Assembly: GCF_031769215.1 (NCBI RefSeq)
Contig: NW_026782733.1
Location: 558,001 to 622,000 of the forward strand
Source: Ylistrum balloti
Lineage: Eukaryota
DNA: 64,000 bases
Reading direction: 5' to 3'
Under the pieces are notes generated by a model. It ran no database searches. It saw only the letters and a list, made by a program, of their open reading frames with translations, and was not told where the DNA came from. This document shows positions 37,501 through 52,504 of this stretch, one piece after another (within the stretch, counting starts at the first letter, position 1; each line of letters opens with the position of its first letter). The translations under genes were made by a program, and so were the position numbers.

Positions 37501-40500
37501 TTGTGTATTAATCTAGGTTGAACTCAGGAGGAAACTATATCATTTGTGATGCCTTTACATTTCCTAAGTTGTCTTACCCACAAACACAGTAAATTTGTAC
37601 AGGCCTAAACAAGAGAGAGCTCAGTATGTTGTCTCCTTAACCTACTACTACAAGGATAACACATATCAAAATGACACTAATTGTTTACAGGGCTATAAAC
37701 ACAGAAACAAACAAATCAAGAGTGAAGGGCAGATCTGTAATGACACTCCTGAAACAAAAAATTGTTGAAAAACAATAGTAAGGGGGAATTACAGGTAGTA
37801 GAAAATAAAGTTTTCTCTCTTTTCTCAATTGAGTCCCTATATTTGCAAAGATCAATAAAGAAATCCTAAATCTTAAAATGAAATAATACAAGCCCCTTGT
37901 TGTGTAGATTTAATACCAACTTGTGATTTGCTGTTCTATTTTGTATTTGTGCTATATTGTTTCTGTTGTCTTTCCTATTTTAAGTGTCTTATTGTTTTGT
38001 TCCTGGCCTTGGGATGGAATACCAATGGGACGTATCATCAGGTTCTAACCTAGGGCCTACACATTCTGGATGGATGCTAATTGTTCTCACAATGGGAAAT
38101 ACCAGATAATATTTTGGCTATCCTTCCAGCAGATTCGTAACATCAAAGTTACATAATTTTTTATTATTGTAAGGCTGTAAAATATTGTCTTTGTAACAAA
38201 CTGCATGAGTTTCAATAGCCTTTGTTAAGAAATCATCAAGTCATTTATGTTTTGTAATCCACACACCTAAAAAGATTATCATCCCTTTTGTGTAATGTCC
38301 GAGACTGAAAGAAAATGTCTTTGCCATATTCACAAATAGTGAGACAGAGAGATTAGGCAATAAAAAAGCCTGTCATTGACAATAGGTATCAAATTTGACA
38401 AGAAGTGCCAACCATCTAATCTCCAGACAATTCTGCTGTAGACAGTGTTCATATATATATACAATTCTCTGTGTATGTATGTGGCATAAACAAAACAGAA
38501 TGTCAGAATGAATTTCTGAATGTTTAACCATCCTCTTCAATAGTAGATGTAGGAGAATCACAAGAGCCATGGTAACTATCACTTGATTGGCTGCTTTTAT
38601 TCCTATAAAAGTGATCCTATCTGCCAATGTCCGTCTACTTGGATGGCTAGCTACATAAACACAAGCTTTATCTACAAAGTCTACATATTTCAGTCAACTT
38701 TTTATACACTTTAGACAGACACATGCAATTTTGATGGGCATATGCAAAAATTGAAGACGTTAATTAGATATGGCCAGTCTGGTCAAAAGTTGCCATGGTT
38801 ACAAGGTGAAATACATCTTCACATATAAGGTCGATCATACTTTTACATACAAGTTTTCCTAAAACTCCATATCAATAAGGTAAGTAAATAATGGTCTGTG
38901 AGAGAACTCATTATGCCCAAATACCAAATCAAAGGTATGTGTCTTATTTCATTACATGTTTGTTCAAACTCAAGTTTCTTATTAAAGACATTATGGTCTT
39001 TTGCTATTTCTTGAATTTCTGACAAGTTCTTTAAATTTCAAGAAAATGAAAAAAAAAAACCTTTAAATGTTTGATAATTTCAGTATTATCTCTAACAAAA
39101 TTTTGCCAATATAAAACTTTAAAGAAAGATGCTCCAGGGAATATTACACCATTGACATATAAGTATAATTATTACCTGGATAAGAGGATAACATGTACGT
39201 TATGTGATAAATTGTTGGCCTGAGATAGATCCTTTATTTTTTAAGTTTGAACTAGGCTACTATGTTGGTCATTATCTAAAGCAGAGTTTCAAAGACAAAC
39301 TAAATTAATGGTTTCAATTCTAAGATATTACAACAATAGATTTACCAATATCGAATGAACCATGAGAAATTCTTACAAAAAATGGTGAACTTTATGTTTC
39401 AGGTACAACTTTGTATCATTAATGTTATTTACTAACTCTACAGGATATTTTCAGCGCTTTTTAGAAAGTGAATGGGATTTTCATAAAAGAATTAGGTAAA
39501 AATCCCTAAATCTTAACCCTAAGTGATCCCTGCATTTAAACTTTTTAAGAGCCAACTTTGAATCAAATGAGAATGAAATATAAGATACAGTTCCAAGAAA
39601 TGATACCTGAATAGATGTAACAGGTAACTGTGTTTGTGTCATTAAACTCTAATCCAAAAGTTGCCTGTAAAGTTATTAAAATTGGAGACTTCAAGTTCAG
39701 TAGACAAATTTTATAACTAAATTTTCGAACTGCTTTTTTTCACAGGAAAGCATGTCTCACTAACACCCCTGAAATTCTGAGTAAGAAATTATAAAGGGAG
39801 ACAACTTTTACACAATTTACAAGTCTCATGTGTAAGATGATAGGAGTCATTGCATTGATTGTCTTAGTTTACCTTCATATTTCAAGTAAAGACTAGAAAC
39901 ATTGAAAATGAATCAACATATGGTTAAACCAACAGATTCATTATAACAATTTCCATTCAGAATTACTGACCAATATAAAAAAGACAAATTCATAGCCTTA
40001 TCTATAGAATAATCAATGAAAAAAAATCAAGTTAAATGCTTACCTTAGACATACATAAACTTCAACATCCTCATAAGGGATAAGTGTAAAACTAATTGGA
40101 TATTTCAAAGATGGCTAAATGTGACCTTTTAACTCTGATGACCACCAAAATCTAATCAGTCGAAATGGAATGGAGATCAGAGCCAGAGCTGTTTAGTCTG
40201 ATTTTTGTAATTATAGTGAATTATAAGATGCACTTAACAATATCTGACATTTAAAAGACATACAACTTGCAGTAAATTGTCAGATGTATTCTGTGTTGCT
40301 GGTGTGTTGTACTACAGAACTAGTTCACATGCAAAGAAGATTTGAAATTTTATAACATAGAGCCTCTCAAGGGCAATATTCCTCTGAAAGTGCATAAATC
40401 AATACTAGAACTGTAGCATTTAACTGCATGTTTAACAGGAAATTAGTAATAATGAAGTGTCACTATGTCGTACACAACATCCTGTGGTAGATTTGCTCAA

Positions 40501-41459
40501 GTTTTGTTTATTTTTTAACTGTTTTGTTGTAGATAAGTGCTACTTTAAGTACTTTAGTTACATTATTACATTAGCTGCAAGCAAGCATTACTTCTGCATG
40601 GAAAACCGTAAGAAACTTTGTAGCCTGTCAATAAATGAAACAAAATTAAATAATTTAATGAAATTACTATCCCTCTGCCTCACTCTACCCACCCCTGTCA
40701 TACCCTCAAATAAAATGAGGGAAAAAAATCAACTGTTTAATTGCAAACTGACATGCAAATGCAACTTGCTACACGAAATAATTTCCTCTATCTTAATATC
40801 TCTTCAGCCAATGAAATTGCTGCCTACAAGAGTGTACACATTACCCTGTCAGGGATGTGGATATGGAGAAATAGAAGATATTTTACCGAGCTAGCCACCA
40901 AGAGAAATGGATCAATATCATCGGTCACTTGGTGTCATGCCTTTTATACATTCATTCTCATTGATCAGTGGAAACTGACCGATACAAAGTTGGGGATTAA
41001 ATGACCCTTTAGGGATCATTCATCCATAGCCGGGGAAACATGAACCAATTTAGAGGTCCCGAACACAACTTAATACATTCTGTAGAGCAGGTTTAACTAG
41101 AAAGACCCCCTTGGCCTCCTAGTGTAGCCTTCAGCCACAAACATGGTCTTGTTAGCTTTTAGAGGTTACTGAAGGAAAGCTGAAAATCTAAGGGACACAA
41201 AGGACAATTTCAGATCATGTGCAATTAAATTACTCTATTTGAAGTTTGTAAATGAAGGTACAAAAATGTACTGTTTAAATATATATGTTTATTTTTGTTT
41301 TGATATTTTAATGAAACCAAATCCATGAATGAGGCAATGTAGTAATACATATATTATGTGAGCCACCAGCCTATTGAGATTTTTTCTAGAATCATAAATA
41401 TATTTCAGAAGAAATATTTATCATAAATTCTTGAGGAATTCTTTCTCTTTTCTAATGTA

Positions 41460-42120
41460 AATCCTCGGGGGATATTTTCACTTTAGTAAATCCTTGAGAA
41501 CGTTACCATTTCATTCAACATGTAAATCCTCAAAGAATGTTGTCACTTTCATAAATCCTTGAAAGATGTTTTTACAAGTAAATCCTAGTGGGATGTTGTC
41601 ACTTCAGTAAATCCAACAGGAATGTTGTCACTTAAGTAAATCCTTGAAGGATGTTGTCACTTCAGTAATTCCTACAGCAATGTTGTCACTTTAGTAAAAC
41701 CTTGAAAGATGTTGTCACTAAATACATCCTTTCAGGGATGTTGTCACTTCAGTAAATCCTACAGCAATGTTGTCACTTTAGTAAAACCTTGAAGGATGTT
41801 GTCACTTCAGTACATCATACAGGAATGTTGTCACTTTAGTAAAGCCTTGAAGGATGTTGACACTTAGTAAATCCTTCAGGGATGTTGTCACTTCAGTAAA
41901 TCCTACAGAAATGTTGTCACTTAAGTACATCCTCAAAGGATGCTGTCACTTTAGTAAATCCTTCAGGGATGTTGTCACTTCAGTAAATCCTACAGGAATG
42001 TTGTCATTTAGTATTTCCTTGAAGTATGTTGACACTTTTCTGAAGTAATTCCTCAAAGATCTTTTCTTCAGTAGAGCCTTTTTGGAATAAATCCTTGTAT
42101 ACTGTTGTCACTTAATAAAT
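41460..42120. repeat. 29-bp minisatellite (ggatgttgtcacttcagtaaatcctacag) with alternating variants
   Basis: atgttgtcact recurs every 29 bp. Confidence 0.9.
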
Positions 42121-44249
42121 CCATGTCAGATTTTCTGTACTAAACCTTTATTTGGTATGTATCCACACCGACTATAAATATCATGGAAGTCTATACATAA
42201 CGAAAGACATTTCCTCTTGAGAACAAATGAAGTCTTCCCATACTTACGATTTCTGTCATCAATTTTCCTTCCTGGCAGAGTCATCCAAAAACTTGATAAA
42301 TAACAATCACTTTAAACACAACTCACAAAATTAATCATGGCTTCTGGAAAATAATCTGCCTTGATTGCTTAATAAAATTCAGAAAGTGTTTTACCTTTTC
42401 ACAAAATATTACCAGCCTGAAGGGTGCTAAAATAAAGCATCACTAAAACATGTATGTTTACAGTATCATTTCACAGAAACAATTAATAACAAATCACATA
42501 TCTGTTGCTATATCAGAATTTTTTTAAACATATTCGATAATTGGTCTGAACGTTTTCTTGCCACATAATGTATGACAAATCTGTAACATATACTCACAGT
42601 AATACAGAAAAAACATTATTGTGCAAAGTTACTCTCTGGAACCAAGCCAGCTACCATATCACATCAGGTCCACATTGCCAGTAAATGTCCAGTCCATATG
42701 GTCAATCACCAACAGACTGGTGTGAATATTGACCGATTTTAATTAACTAGACCACACATTTCCCTTATCCAACAGGCAATACAAATTGTTCATTGTCTCG
42801 ATTCCGTCACAACGTGCATCCCTTTCAAGCAGCCCTGAGTAAATATGTGCATATCTCTTTCTCTTTCGACCCAAATCCATATATCGGACAATTAAGGCTC
42901 ATAACATTGCTATCCAATTTATCTGACATTTTGGTCACTTCATCAGAAATTCCTGAATGCCAGGCTTAATTTCATTGTGTACTCAGCATCAATATCCATC
43001 CCTCTTCAATAATCCTACAGCCAGGCACTGGCCATGTTTTTACACCTAAAGCCATCAAATGGGCTCCACTTAACTAACTCATATCATGTTTTTATTCTAA
43101 ATGTTTGCGTTAAGCTGAGAGTGAAGTTTCAAGGGAGAACAAATCTAATTTCTTTACACTGCTAATAACAGGTCAATTTGAATAATATTGTTCATGTACT
43201 AAGATCAATATCCAAAGCTACGTGGTTTCCAATCCATTGCAGAGGGCTTAAAGTTACAACACAAATAAAATGTATACCACTGAAATTTTAATTATATATC
43301 CTATTATTTCCAAGTTTGATATGTGTATGCTGCCTCACTTTCAAAAGAGTGAAGTTCAATAAAAAGATACAAAAATGAGAGAAAAAGTGATCAACTGTGA
43401 TAACCCTCTTTGCGTTAATGAATTCAAAGCATTTTTTTTTTTAGGTTTTAAATTTCATTACCTTTTTCCTTCCATCTAAAAGATAAATCTGCAAAATACA
43501 TGACCTTCAGCTATAACACTTTGAGAGTTTGTTACAGACAGAAGCTTACAGCTGGAGCCAGATTGTTAGGAGATTTGATCTAATACATTTAGTGCCTGTC
43601 TAAATCCCCACAGACCATAATAACTAATTCATTGGCCACACAAAACCTTTATAGATTTGTCCCATTTTACCGAGACGATAGTCTAGTGTTTTTCCTGTGA
43701 TAGTTGTCCAATACCGCAATGATTCTTACCTATACTCATTAATATTATATTCAGGGTTACATTATTCATTAATAAATTCTTACCTATACTAGTTAAACTA
43801 AGTATATATGTCTCTAGTTACATAATTCACTAAGAAATGAAGTTATCTTTCTTAAGTAAAACACCATTTGTATATACAATGTATGAAGTCTAGTCTAGTA
43901 GACTTACAAATGACAGGCATTACTTCTATATCAGCTCCTCCATATGAAAAGTATTACTGTCAACATGTTAAATAATACATAAACAAATTCATATCAGAAG
44001 AGAGAGTTAATTCATTTCACTGTCAGTAGTGTCTCTTTAAAATCCAATTTCATCAGCGTATCTGTTGTCCTTGTTTATCCTACGTCTTCATATCAGCTTG
44101 TATTATTGACTATGTCATTCTCCATCCTCTTACTTGTATCGTCCTAATCAATGTTATCATTGCAGTACCATCACCTTTGTTGATCTTTTTGCCAGGAATC
44201 ACCTTCATCATCTGCCTTCTCAAGTAGTCACCAATTACCTTTCCCCATC

Positions 44250-44755
44250 TCGACATTACAATATCACTCCCTGTGTCACACAAAACTCATTTCCCATATC
44301 ACAATATCACTCCCTGTGTCACACAAAACTCATTTCCCACATCACAATATCACTGTCTGTGTAATCATACAAACCATTTCCCACATTACAGTGTCACTGA
44401 ATGTTTCAGTTCACAAATAATTTCCCACACCACAATATCACTTGCCTGTGTAATCATACCAACCATTTCCCACATCAGTGTCACTGAATGTTTCAGTTAA
44501 CAAATCATTTCCCACATCACAATATCACTTGCCTGTGTAATCATACCAACCATTTCCCACATCACAATATCCCTGCCAGTATAATAATACCAACCATTTC
44601 CCGCATCACAATATCCCTGCCAGTATAATCATACCAACCATTTCCCACATCAGTGTCACTGCCTGTTTCAGTTAACAAATCATTTCCAATATCACAATAT
44701 GACTTCCTTGGTCATCACACAAATCATTTCCCACATCACAGTGTCACTGCCTGAT
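44250..44755. repeat. 43-44-bp minisatellite (cacaatatcactgcctgtgtaatcataccaaccatttcccacat)
   Basis: Direct reading; explains ORFs 44134..44364 and 44273..44500. Confidence 0.9.
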
Positions 44756-47700
44756 ATTGCCTGAGATTTAGGGACAGACAGTCATAGAATAATTGTTGCT
44801 CTTGGGTGTTGAATAGCTTTTAGCAACAATCTTAGTCAACTATGATCATTTTATATGTAAACTAGGCTCCCAGGGCCTATACAGACAAAACTATGAATTG
44901 TTTAGCAGCCTGTTAACAGTTGACAGTGCCAAAATAATCTTAGATTATTGGTGGCAGGAGACAACTTATCTAACTTACTGATGGTAGAGGGTACAACTAG
45001 TCATACAGTACTGGTACAAAGTGATGTTTGGTAGGAGGCATCACCAGTGAATACTGATGGACAGTCTGAGAGGGCAAAACTTCCCTATATATATCAGCCG
45101 CCACTATTCCAGTGTATGTGTCGACAAGTTTGCATTTTTCAGAAGAATCATGAGTACTTCATGATATAGACCTGGTAATATACTGTTGACATATTGATAT
45201 CACAAAAGTTGTCAATATCAGATCAGGAGACTCATAATAAAAAACTCTGCAAGCCTGATAAATAAAATAGGATGTACTGTAAATTAAAGAAAATGATAAG
45301 GTCATGATTCATCCGTCCACCTATGTAGAATTCAATGTCCTGATATACATAGCCCTGGTCCCTGTTAATTCTTGTAAGAACATCAGATTATCTTTTTTGT
45401 TTTTAATACTAAGAACATAACTTCAGATTATCTCCCTTGATTTTAATATGAAGGACATAACAACAGAACATTTCACATCAAATTAAACATATTACTTGTT
45501 ATTCAGATACTAACTTCATTTATTGGTCTTCATGCTTATAACATTGTTTTGCTATAAACTTTTTCTGCACATTTGACAGGTGAATTTGAATTCTAAAAGT
45601 ATCAATGTGGCTGCCCCTTTTAATTCTTCCATCTCATTGCAGCGGAGTCTTCCTACCTACAGCTTTGAGGTCAATAACCTCTTCATTAAGAAATATCCTA
45701 ACAGCCCATTATCACAGCACTAAATATCTGGGAGAAACTATCCTTAATGTCAGAGCGGATATACCTCTAAACAGAAAACACCTCGGAAAGTCTTCCACTC
45801 ACACCAGGTTTACACTGGTGTTCAACAGTCTGGTAAAGAAAGAATAACTATAGAAATACCTTGGTTGTTAAGGTGCTCTATGATCAGGTAAAACTTGGTC
45901 TCACCTGACTAAGGAAAGCTGGTACTGGACACACATTCAGTAATATCTATCTACCCAGGTATTAAATTTTTCTCATTTGACAGATAAAAACACATCAAAA
46001 ATATTATAGATATTACCACGGACTTATATACACATAATGTATATATAAGTCTGTGATATTACTAGACATTTGGACTTGGTTACTGTGCTGCATATTTTGT
46101 TCGCACAAAGTACTGTATTTTCTAGCTTATAATTTACACTGGTAGCAGGCCTCAGAGCCAATCTTCATTGATATTTATCAGTAGTACTTATAAGTAAAAT
46201 GGGATACTGAAAAATAAAAATTAAAAAAAAAAAACACCTCAAATGAATCATAGTGGCAAACTGTAAAAATCCTTAGATCATTCAAGTACAGGTAAAATAC
46301 AATGTTTGAAAGAATATTGCCTGTTCCTATTTCCCCTTATCAAATCCTCAATAAATCCCTGATCAGTGACCATCATTGATTTTCCAAAGTTTTGAACACA
46401 TCTGCTATCCTCTATTCCACCAAAGCTGACCAAATGGGTCTTAAAACTTCGACTATAACACATGGAACAAGTGGTTAGCTTTACATACAAAAGCCACAAT
46501 ATGGCAGGAGTGTATGGTTAGTATATACCCAATATAAACCCTGGTATTCCCCACATTAGTTATAGTTTGTCCTGAACAATACACTTGATAGGAAACCTCT
46601 CCCTAACCCTCCCATTTGTTCAGTAAAAGAGGTACAATATGCTTTCCTCTTGTGGCCAATTTACTGACCAAAGATGTGGCCACTATCCAACAACTGACCC
46701 TTGCCCAGTAGATACTCCCTTGCCATTAATGTAAATAGAAACCAGATGACCATGTCTCGCGCCTCAACCAAGTACTGGAGTTAACAAAAAAACACCTAGT
46801 TTTTCCTTTATCACAAACATCTATTTTTACTTTCTGAAAAACTGCAGTTTTCAATTGAACTGTTTGAGCTATATAATGATATAATGTTTGTCACATAGAT
46901 AGCATTATTTAGTGAATCTACCAAACATATTTATACATAGTGCCAGGTTAAACATAACACATGGCCACATCAAATGCTAAAAGATCAAAAACCTGACGCT
47001 ACATTTGTACCATTACTTGAAGTCCCTGAAGACAATAGTGAAGGAGTTTGGAAACATATTCCTTTTAATGCTTTTAAATGCATTAATTTACTAAACATTT
47101 TTTGTTTGCTTAATATTGCATTACCGAAATAAAACTATTTTAAAGTGGATTTGATTTCCAGCCTAAAGAAGAAAGAAACATATGAGCGTGTCGGACAATG
47201 CAGTTTTACATGAGGACAGGAAATATATTTACGTCCTGTCCACACTGACATCCATCTTGTTTTGTTTGACACACCCACTGATAAAACTCAGAGCCTTAAT
47301 CCTCACAGGTGTCCTATCAAAGTCAAACTTCACCTGAAGGTTTGTATTACCTGCCAAGTAAAAGCAGTGGATATATACAAATATTATGCAGTCATAAAAA
47401 ACCAGGTTTTATAAGTGCCTGAACAGACAAGATTAATGTTATATATAAATTTCCCTCTTCTACACACGTCATGGAAAAATATACAAAATCCTGAAGAAGT
47501 AAGGTATATTTTATGTCACCATTATATATAATGTAAATCAAGTCTAGATTCAAGTTTACATCATAATAATATTTTTATCTCAGAGTACATAAAAAAGAAA
47601 AATTATCTGAGAGTAACATCAACATATGCTTGTAATGACAATATATAATACCACAATTGTTCATGGAGAAGTATCAAGTCCTGAAACACATCATACAAAA

Positions 47701-49199
47701 ACTTCTAAAAATCATCACCTTTAAAGATTCAATCCAACAAATCTACTATTTTTGGGAGATCAATTTTCAATGTTCACAGTGAATCCTGTCACATAAAGAC
47801 TTTCTGTGAAATCTGGCCTGAGGGTATAAGTTTTACAGGCTGTGATGAGAAGACTTTGATAAAGCTTACCTCTGACACCTGACCACTAAGACATCCTGTT
47901 ATAAGTTAGGAACATACTACCTCCCACATCACAGTGACTCTGAAATCTCTTGTGGACTAGTGCACAGATGGCCTTGAGAAGCTTACAGCAACACATGCTG
48001 GGTGATTTGTATGCAGACAGCAACCCCTCCTGGAGAGGTCAGGACATTTCCCCCCTCCCACCCCTCCACAGATAGATAGGATAGTGTGTTTGTGTGTGTT
48101 TAGGTAAATGACCAGGCCCCCCTAGACTAACTCTAATGGCCTCCAGATCTCCCACAGATTCCCTAACATCACTAGTTTCACTGATTAGATCATCAGTCCT
48201 AATCTACCATGCACCTATAAAAGTCACAAGAAAGTTTTACCAAATCCACTCAACCAAGTAAAAACAAAGAAACTTTCTGACTCAGTCACAGATATATTCC
48301 AAAGTTTGTGCTGAAGGTTGAGAAAGTTTAGGTAGAATAACTAAGATGTCACACTCCCAAATTTCCTGTGACGTCCATCCTCTATATGTCATCAATGAAG
48401 TGATATTACCACACAACACCAAACATACCAACAATCTATGTGGATAGAGGGAAGGAGAAATTAATAAACAAATTAATAGGGAAAACACCAGAGCAAGTAC
48501 TTTCCATTCTTAGATGGGAATTTGTGGACAAAAAAAGAACACCTTCAAAATTGAAATCTTTTAAAATATACATATCCCTGTGTAAAGCCATGTGGAAATA
48601 CAAATAACATAAAATATTCAAGGCTAATGGTTAACTACTATCGTTTTTATTCTTCTGAAATAATTTTCGTATCTGTATTTCAAACAACAGATTTGTAAGA
48701 TTATAAGGATATCAATTTGAAAGGATAACTAAGCACTTAAAGCTGCTTAAAATTACTTAAATTTGAAAATTTCATAGCAAATTTCATAAACAATTTACTG
48801 TGTGAAAAATCAACACATTTACAGACTTAGGTCAGTGCCTTTCCTTATCAGGGAGGGAGAAAGGGGACTAGAAATTATTATCAAATATCACATACTTAGT
48901 TAATAAAGACTAATTACCACCTAATATAAACCCACATACTCCAGATTCCTAAATGAACAAAAAATAGAACAGGATCTAGTAATATCAATTAATATTGTTA
49001 TATTTATCTATAATTAATAATACCCAGCTGGTCAGCTGTATTGGCTGTCAAACAAAGGTACATATGTACTAATCATCATGTCTGCACATTTTGTAGGATT
49101 ACAGTGCTAATTGATATCAATGGCCTGTGTTGACTATAACAAGACCACTTACAATTGCTAATATGGAATTTCATCAACCATATTATCAAACCACAGATC

Positions 49200-50160
49200 A
49201 CCTTTTAAGGAAATACTAGCTTATACTAAACCACACATCACCATGAAACCATAGCAACCTTATCATAAGGAAATGATGGCTTATATCAAACCATACAACA
49301 CCATTAAGCCATGGAGTCTTTAGCACTAGAAAATGATGGTTTATATCACACCATACAATACCGTGAAACCATGGAGTCTTTAGCACTAGAAAATGATGGT
49401 TTATATCACACCATACAATACCGTGAAACCATGGAGTCTTTGGCAGTAGGAAATGATGGCTTAAACCATACAATACCATGAAACCATGGAGTCTTTGGCA
49501 GTAGGAAATGATGGCTTATATCAAACCATACAATACCGTGAAACCATGGAGTCTTTGGCAGTAGGAAATGATGTCTTATATCAAACCATACAATACCATG
49601 AAACCATGGAGTCTTTGGCAGTAGGAAATGATGACTTATATCAAACCATACAATACCGTGAAACCATGGAGTCTTTGGCAGTAGGAAATGATGGCTTATA
49701 TCAAACCATACAATACCGTGAAACCATGGAGTCTTTGGCAGTAGAAAATGATGGCTTATATCAAACCATACAATACCGTGAAACCATGGAGTCTTTGGCA
49801 GTAGGAAATGATGGCTTATATCAAACCATACAATACCGTAAAAAATGGAGTCTTAAACAGTAGGAAATGATGGCTTATATCAAACCATACAACCCCATGA
49901 AACCATTGAGTCTTCAGCAGTAGGAAATGATGGCTTTTATCAAACCATACAATACCGTGAAAACATGGAGTCTTTAGCTGTAGGAAATGATAGCTTTTAT
50001 CAAACCATACAACACCGTGAAACCATGGAGTCTTTGGCAGTAGGAAATGATGGCTTTTATCAAACCATACAACACCGTGAAACCATGGAGTCCTCAGCAC
50101 TAGAAAATGATTGGCTTTGTGTACAAATTTGTTATCACCCATATACAACACCATGGCATT
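49200..50160. repeat. 60-bp minisatellite (gaaaccatggagtctttggcagtaggaaatgatggcttatatcaaaccatacaataccgt), ~15 copies
   Basis: Consecutive 60-nt lines are nearly identical. Confidence 0.97.
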
Positions 50161-50534
50161 ATCCTAATCAGAAGGCGGTAATGGCTTCAGTATATTACCT
50201 CCTACTTCCAGGTCTCCTCCATAGCTAGGTAGCTAAGTAAATATACCATACAACCAAGCCAGAATTGACCTGAGAAAAACTGAGCATTTATCATCAATTA
50301 TGTCCAGAATTACTGTTATGAATTGTGATCTTCAGAACAGCTTTTGAAATTATCCAATCAGCATTCAGCGTTGTATCATGTGATTTACATGGTTTACGTT
50401 CATGCAGTAGTTTAACAGTTAGCACTAATCACAGATGTATCATGTAGTTTTCTTTTGCAAAATGTTACAATAAATGTAGTTGAACTCTGATAGAAAATAC
50501 CCACACACAATTATTTGAAAAATTAAATACTAAC

Positions 50535-50629
50535 CTTGATAATATCTCCCTCCCGAAATGCCAGGGATTTTGTGTCATAGAGGTCACAGAAGTCCTTCAC
50601 GGCACGTGCCTTTACTGCAAAACTGGCCT
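50535..50629 (-). CDS. Caskin: Caskin exon, N-terminal half of SH3: (E)ASFAVKARAVKDFCDLYDTKSLAFREGDIIK
   Basis: Acceptor ttttttaacag| and donor ATCAAG|gttagt; 95 nt, phase 1 to 0; open frame with SH3 RT-loop motif. Confidence 0.9.
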
Positions 50630-51039
50630 CTGTTAAAAAAAAACAAAATCAAAAGATCAGAGTTTAACCATTTTAATTTTTTGAAATAGCTTCTTTGTAA
50701 ACAACCCTAATGTTTCAATGCCATTCTTGCATCTGAATTCTGAAATGTAGAAGAAATCTTGCATATTAAAAAAAGTAATTAAGAAGTCCATTATAGCACA
50801 TCAAATAAGAATCACAATTAAGCCAGCCAACTGACTTTGGATCACAGGTCATGAGTTACCTCACTGGATTAATATGCATGTAAGGAAAAAAATAATACAC
50901 AATATGGAAATAAGATGCAATATCATGGTAATTAAGTAGGTCTTCCAAATTACTAAGTTACCCATTTATCATCACACATACTGGAGATTATGACCACCAG
51001 ACAATACATTTGTCTACTGAAAATGACCCTTTTTGAAAA

Positions 51040-51270
51040 CTGAAGACACTAGAAAATGACATGAATGCACATTCTGTCATGTATACAATTATCATTGTTA
51101 AATGTGACCTTCAACTCTTCAGTCATGACCAATGACTACATTTTATATAATAAGGTATAGAACTTGATGTTATGAAACTATTGGGTATCTGTTGAGAGAG
51201 GTTCTCCAGATATCATATTGGTTAGGAATGCTATCCCCCTCCCCTTCTTAAATAATGTGGGGATAAAACT
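51040..51270 (+). mobile_element. Decayed non-autonomous element fragment with a terminal hairpin (tatccccc...ggggataaaa)
   Basis: tgtgaccttcaac motif plus a C-run/G-run stem at 51233-51268, like the ends of pearl/HINE-type elements. Confidence 0.3.
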
Positions 51271-52504
51271 ACAAAGGTACATCCATTTGACAAGTTTGAA
51301 AAATCATGGTATTGGCGAAATATATCATGACAGTTGATTTCATCAGAAGCCATGTTTAACAAATGTCCCTTCCAATATCGAGTTGAATTTATTTTCAAAC
51401 TTTGCAACACACTGTGGTGGCAACATGATAAATTTGAGTCCTTCTGAAATATCAGAAGACAGGTCATTGTGACATTGAATAAAAGGTTTTTTTCCTAAAA
51501 CTTAGTTACTTTTTGTCAGCACATTTAGCTATTTTGCATAACCAGAAGCTTCCTGCTGTTAAAATGATAAGCAGCATTTATAACTTGATTGTAAACCAAT
51601 AGTTAATTATCATTTGAGTGTTTTCTCATACAATCACAGGACTTGGCTTTGAATGGTGGTCAAACTGCTGAAACATGATTCCAGGCCTTCTGGTTTAAAA
51701 GAAGAAGTTTTTACCATACTGTTTTACCAATATGTGTAAAGATAACACATTTGTCAACTTGTCAGGTTGCTACTTCTTCAATATCATAGCCATATACAAA
51801 ATTTGTTCTTCAGAAGTCTTTTAAAGAAAGATATTGACAGACTGCTGGTTTAATGGACAATGTGCTTAAACATCATTCTAGAACCAGGTGTGTTAAACAA
51901 CCAGTAAATTAAACTGATCTGTCAATACATTTTTGTCAATTATCATGAACTCCACATGTTTATAAACATAAAAGATATTCTAGCCGCATTTCACATAATA
52001 CTTTCAACATTAGGAATAAAAGCAATGCGGAAAGTATGTGATAAGGGTATACATTATCTGTCTAGCTTGATACAACTCAATTTACACAGACCCTGTGTGA
52101 ATTAGTAATGGGACGGCCTTAATCTCTACATATAAAATTAAATTATTGGAATTTTTGTCGTTAAATGAATGCAAATACATGCAGTGTCATCTTATCAAAT
52201 GCTGGCCAAATGTTCCTAGATATGAAGTTTATAAAAACCCAATTCATTATTCAATTAGAGCCTGAATCGTGCCAGGCCCAGTAAATCCCCAAACACTTAG
52301 GTTGGGTGGAGTCCACGGAAGTGTACCCTTACCTGTATATCTAAATGTATGACCTTCACCTCTGTAATAATATTCCATTCCCTGGGTTTATGTTTCCTAG
52401 TTCTTCACAACATGTACCATATAATTATGTAATGATAACACCATCTCTCTCTGTTGTATACACTCTAGGTTATAATTACCTATAAATATACAGAGCCTTA
52501 GAAG

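Larger units (their letters stand above)
8..50629 (-). other. Caskin: Partial multi-exon Caskin-like gene (SH3 domain plus low-complexity linker up to the pre-SAM region); extends beyond both window edges
   Basis: Six GT-AG exons join in consistent phase (1/0/1/1/0/0/0). The joined SH3 reads EASFAVKARAVKDFCDLYDTKSLAFREGDIIK|VIEQGENAWKGVVISDNRRMSKPGYFPPENVVLI. From memory this matches the atypical Caskin SH3 pattern (VRAxKDF/Y..L.D..SL....GD.I.V.EQ....WKG......GYFP). No database search was run. Confidence 0.85.
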
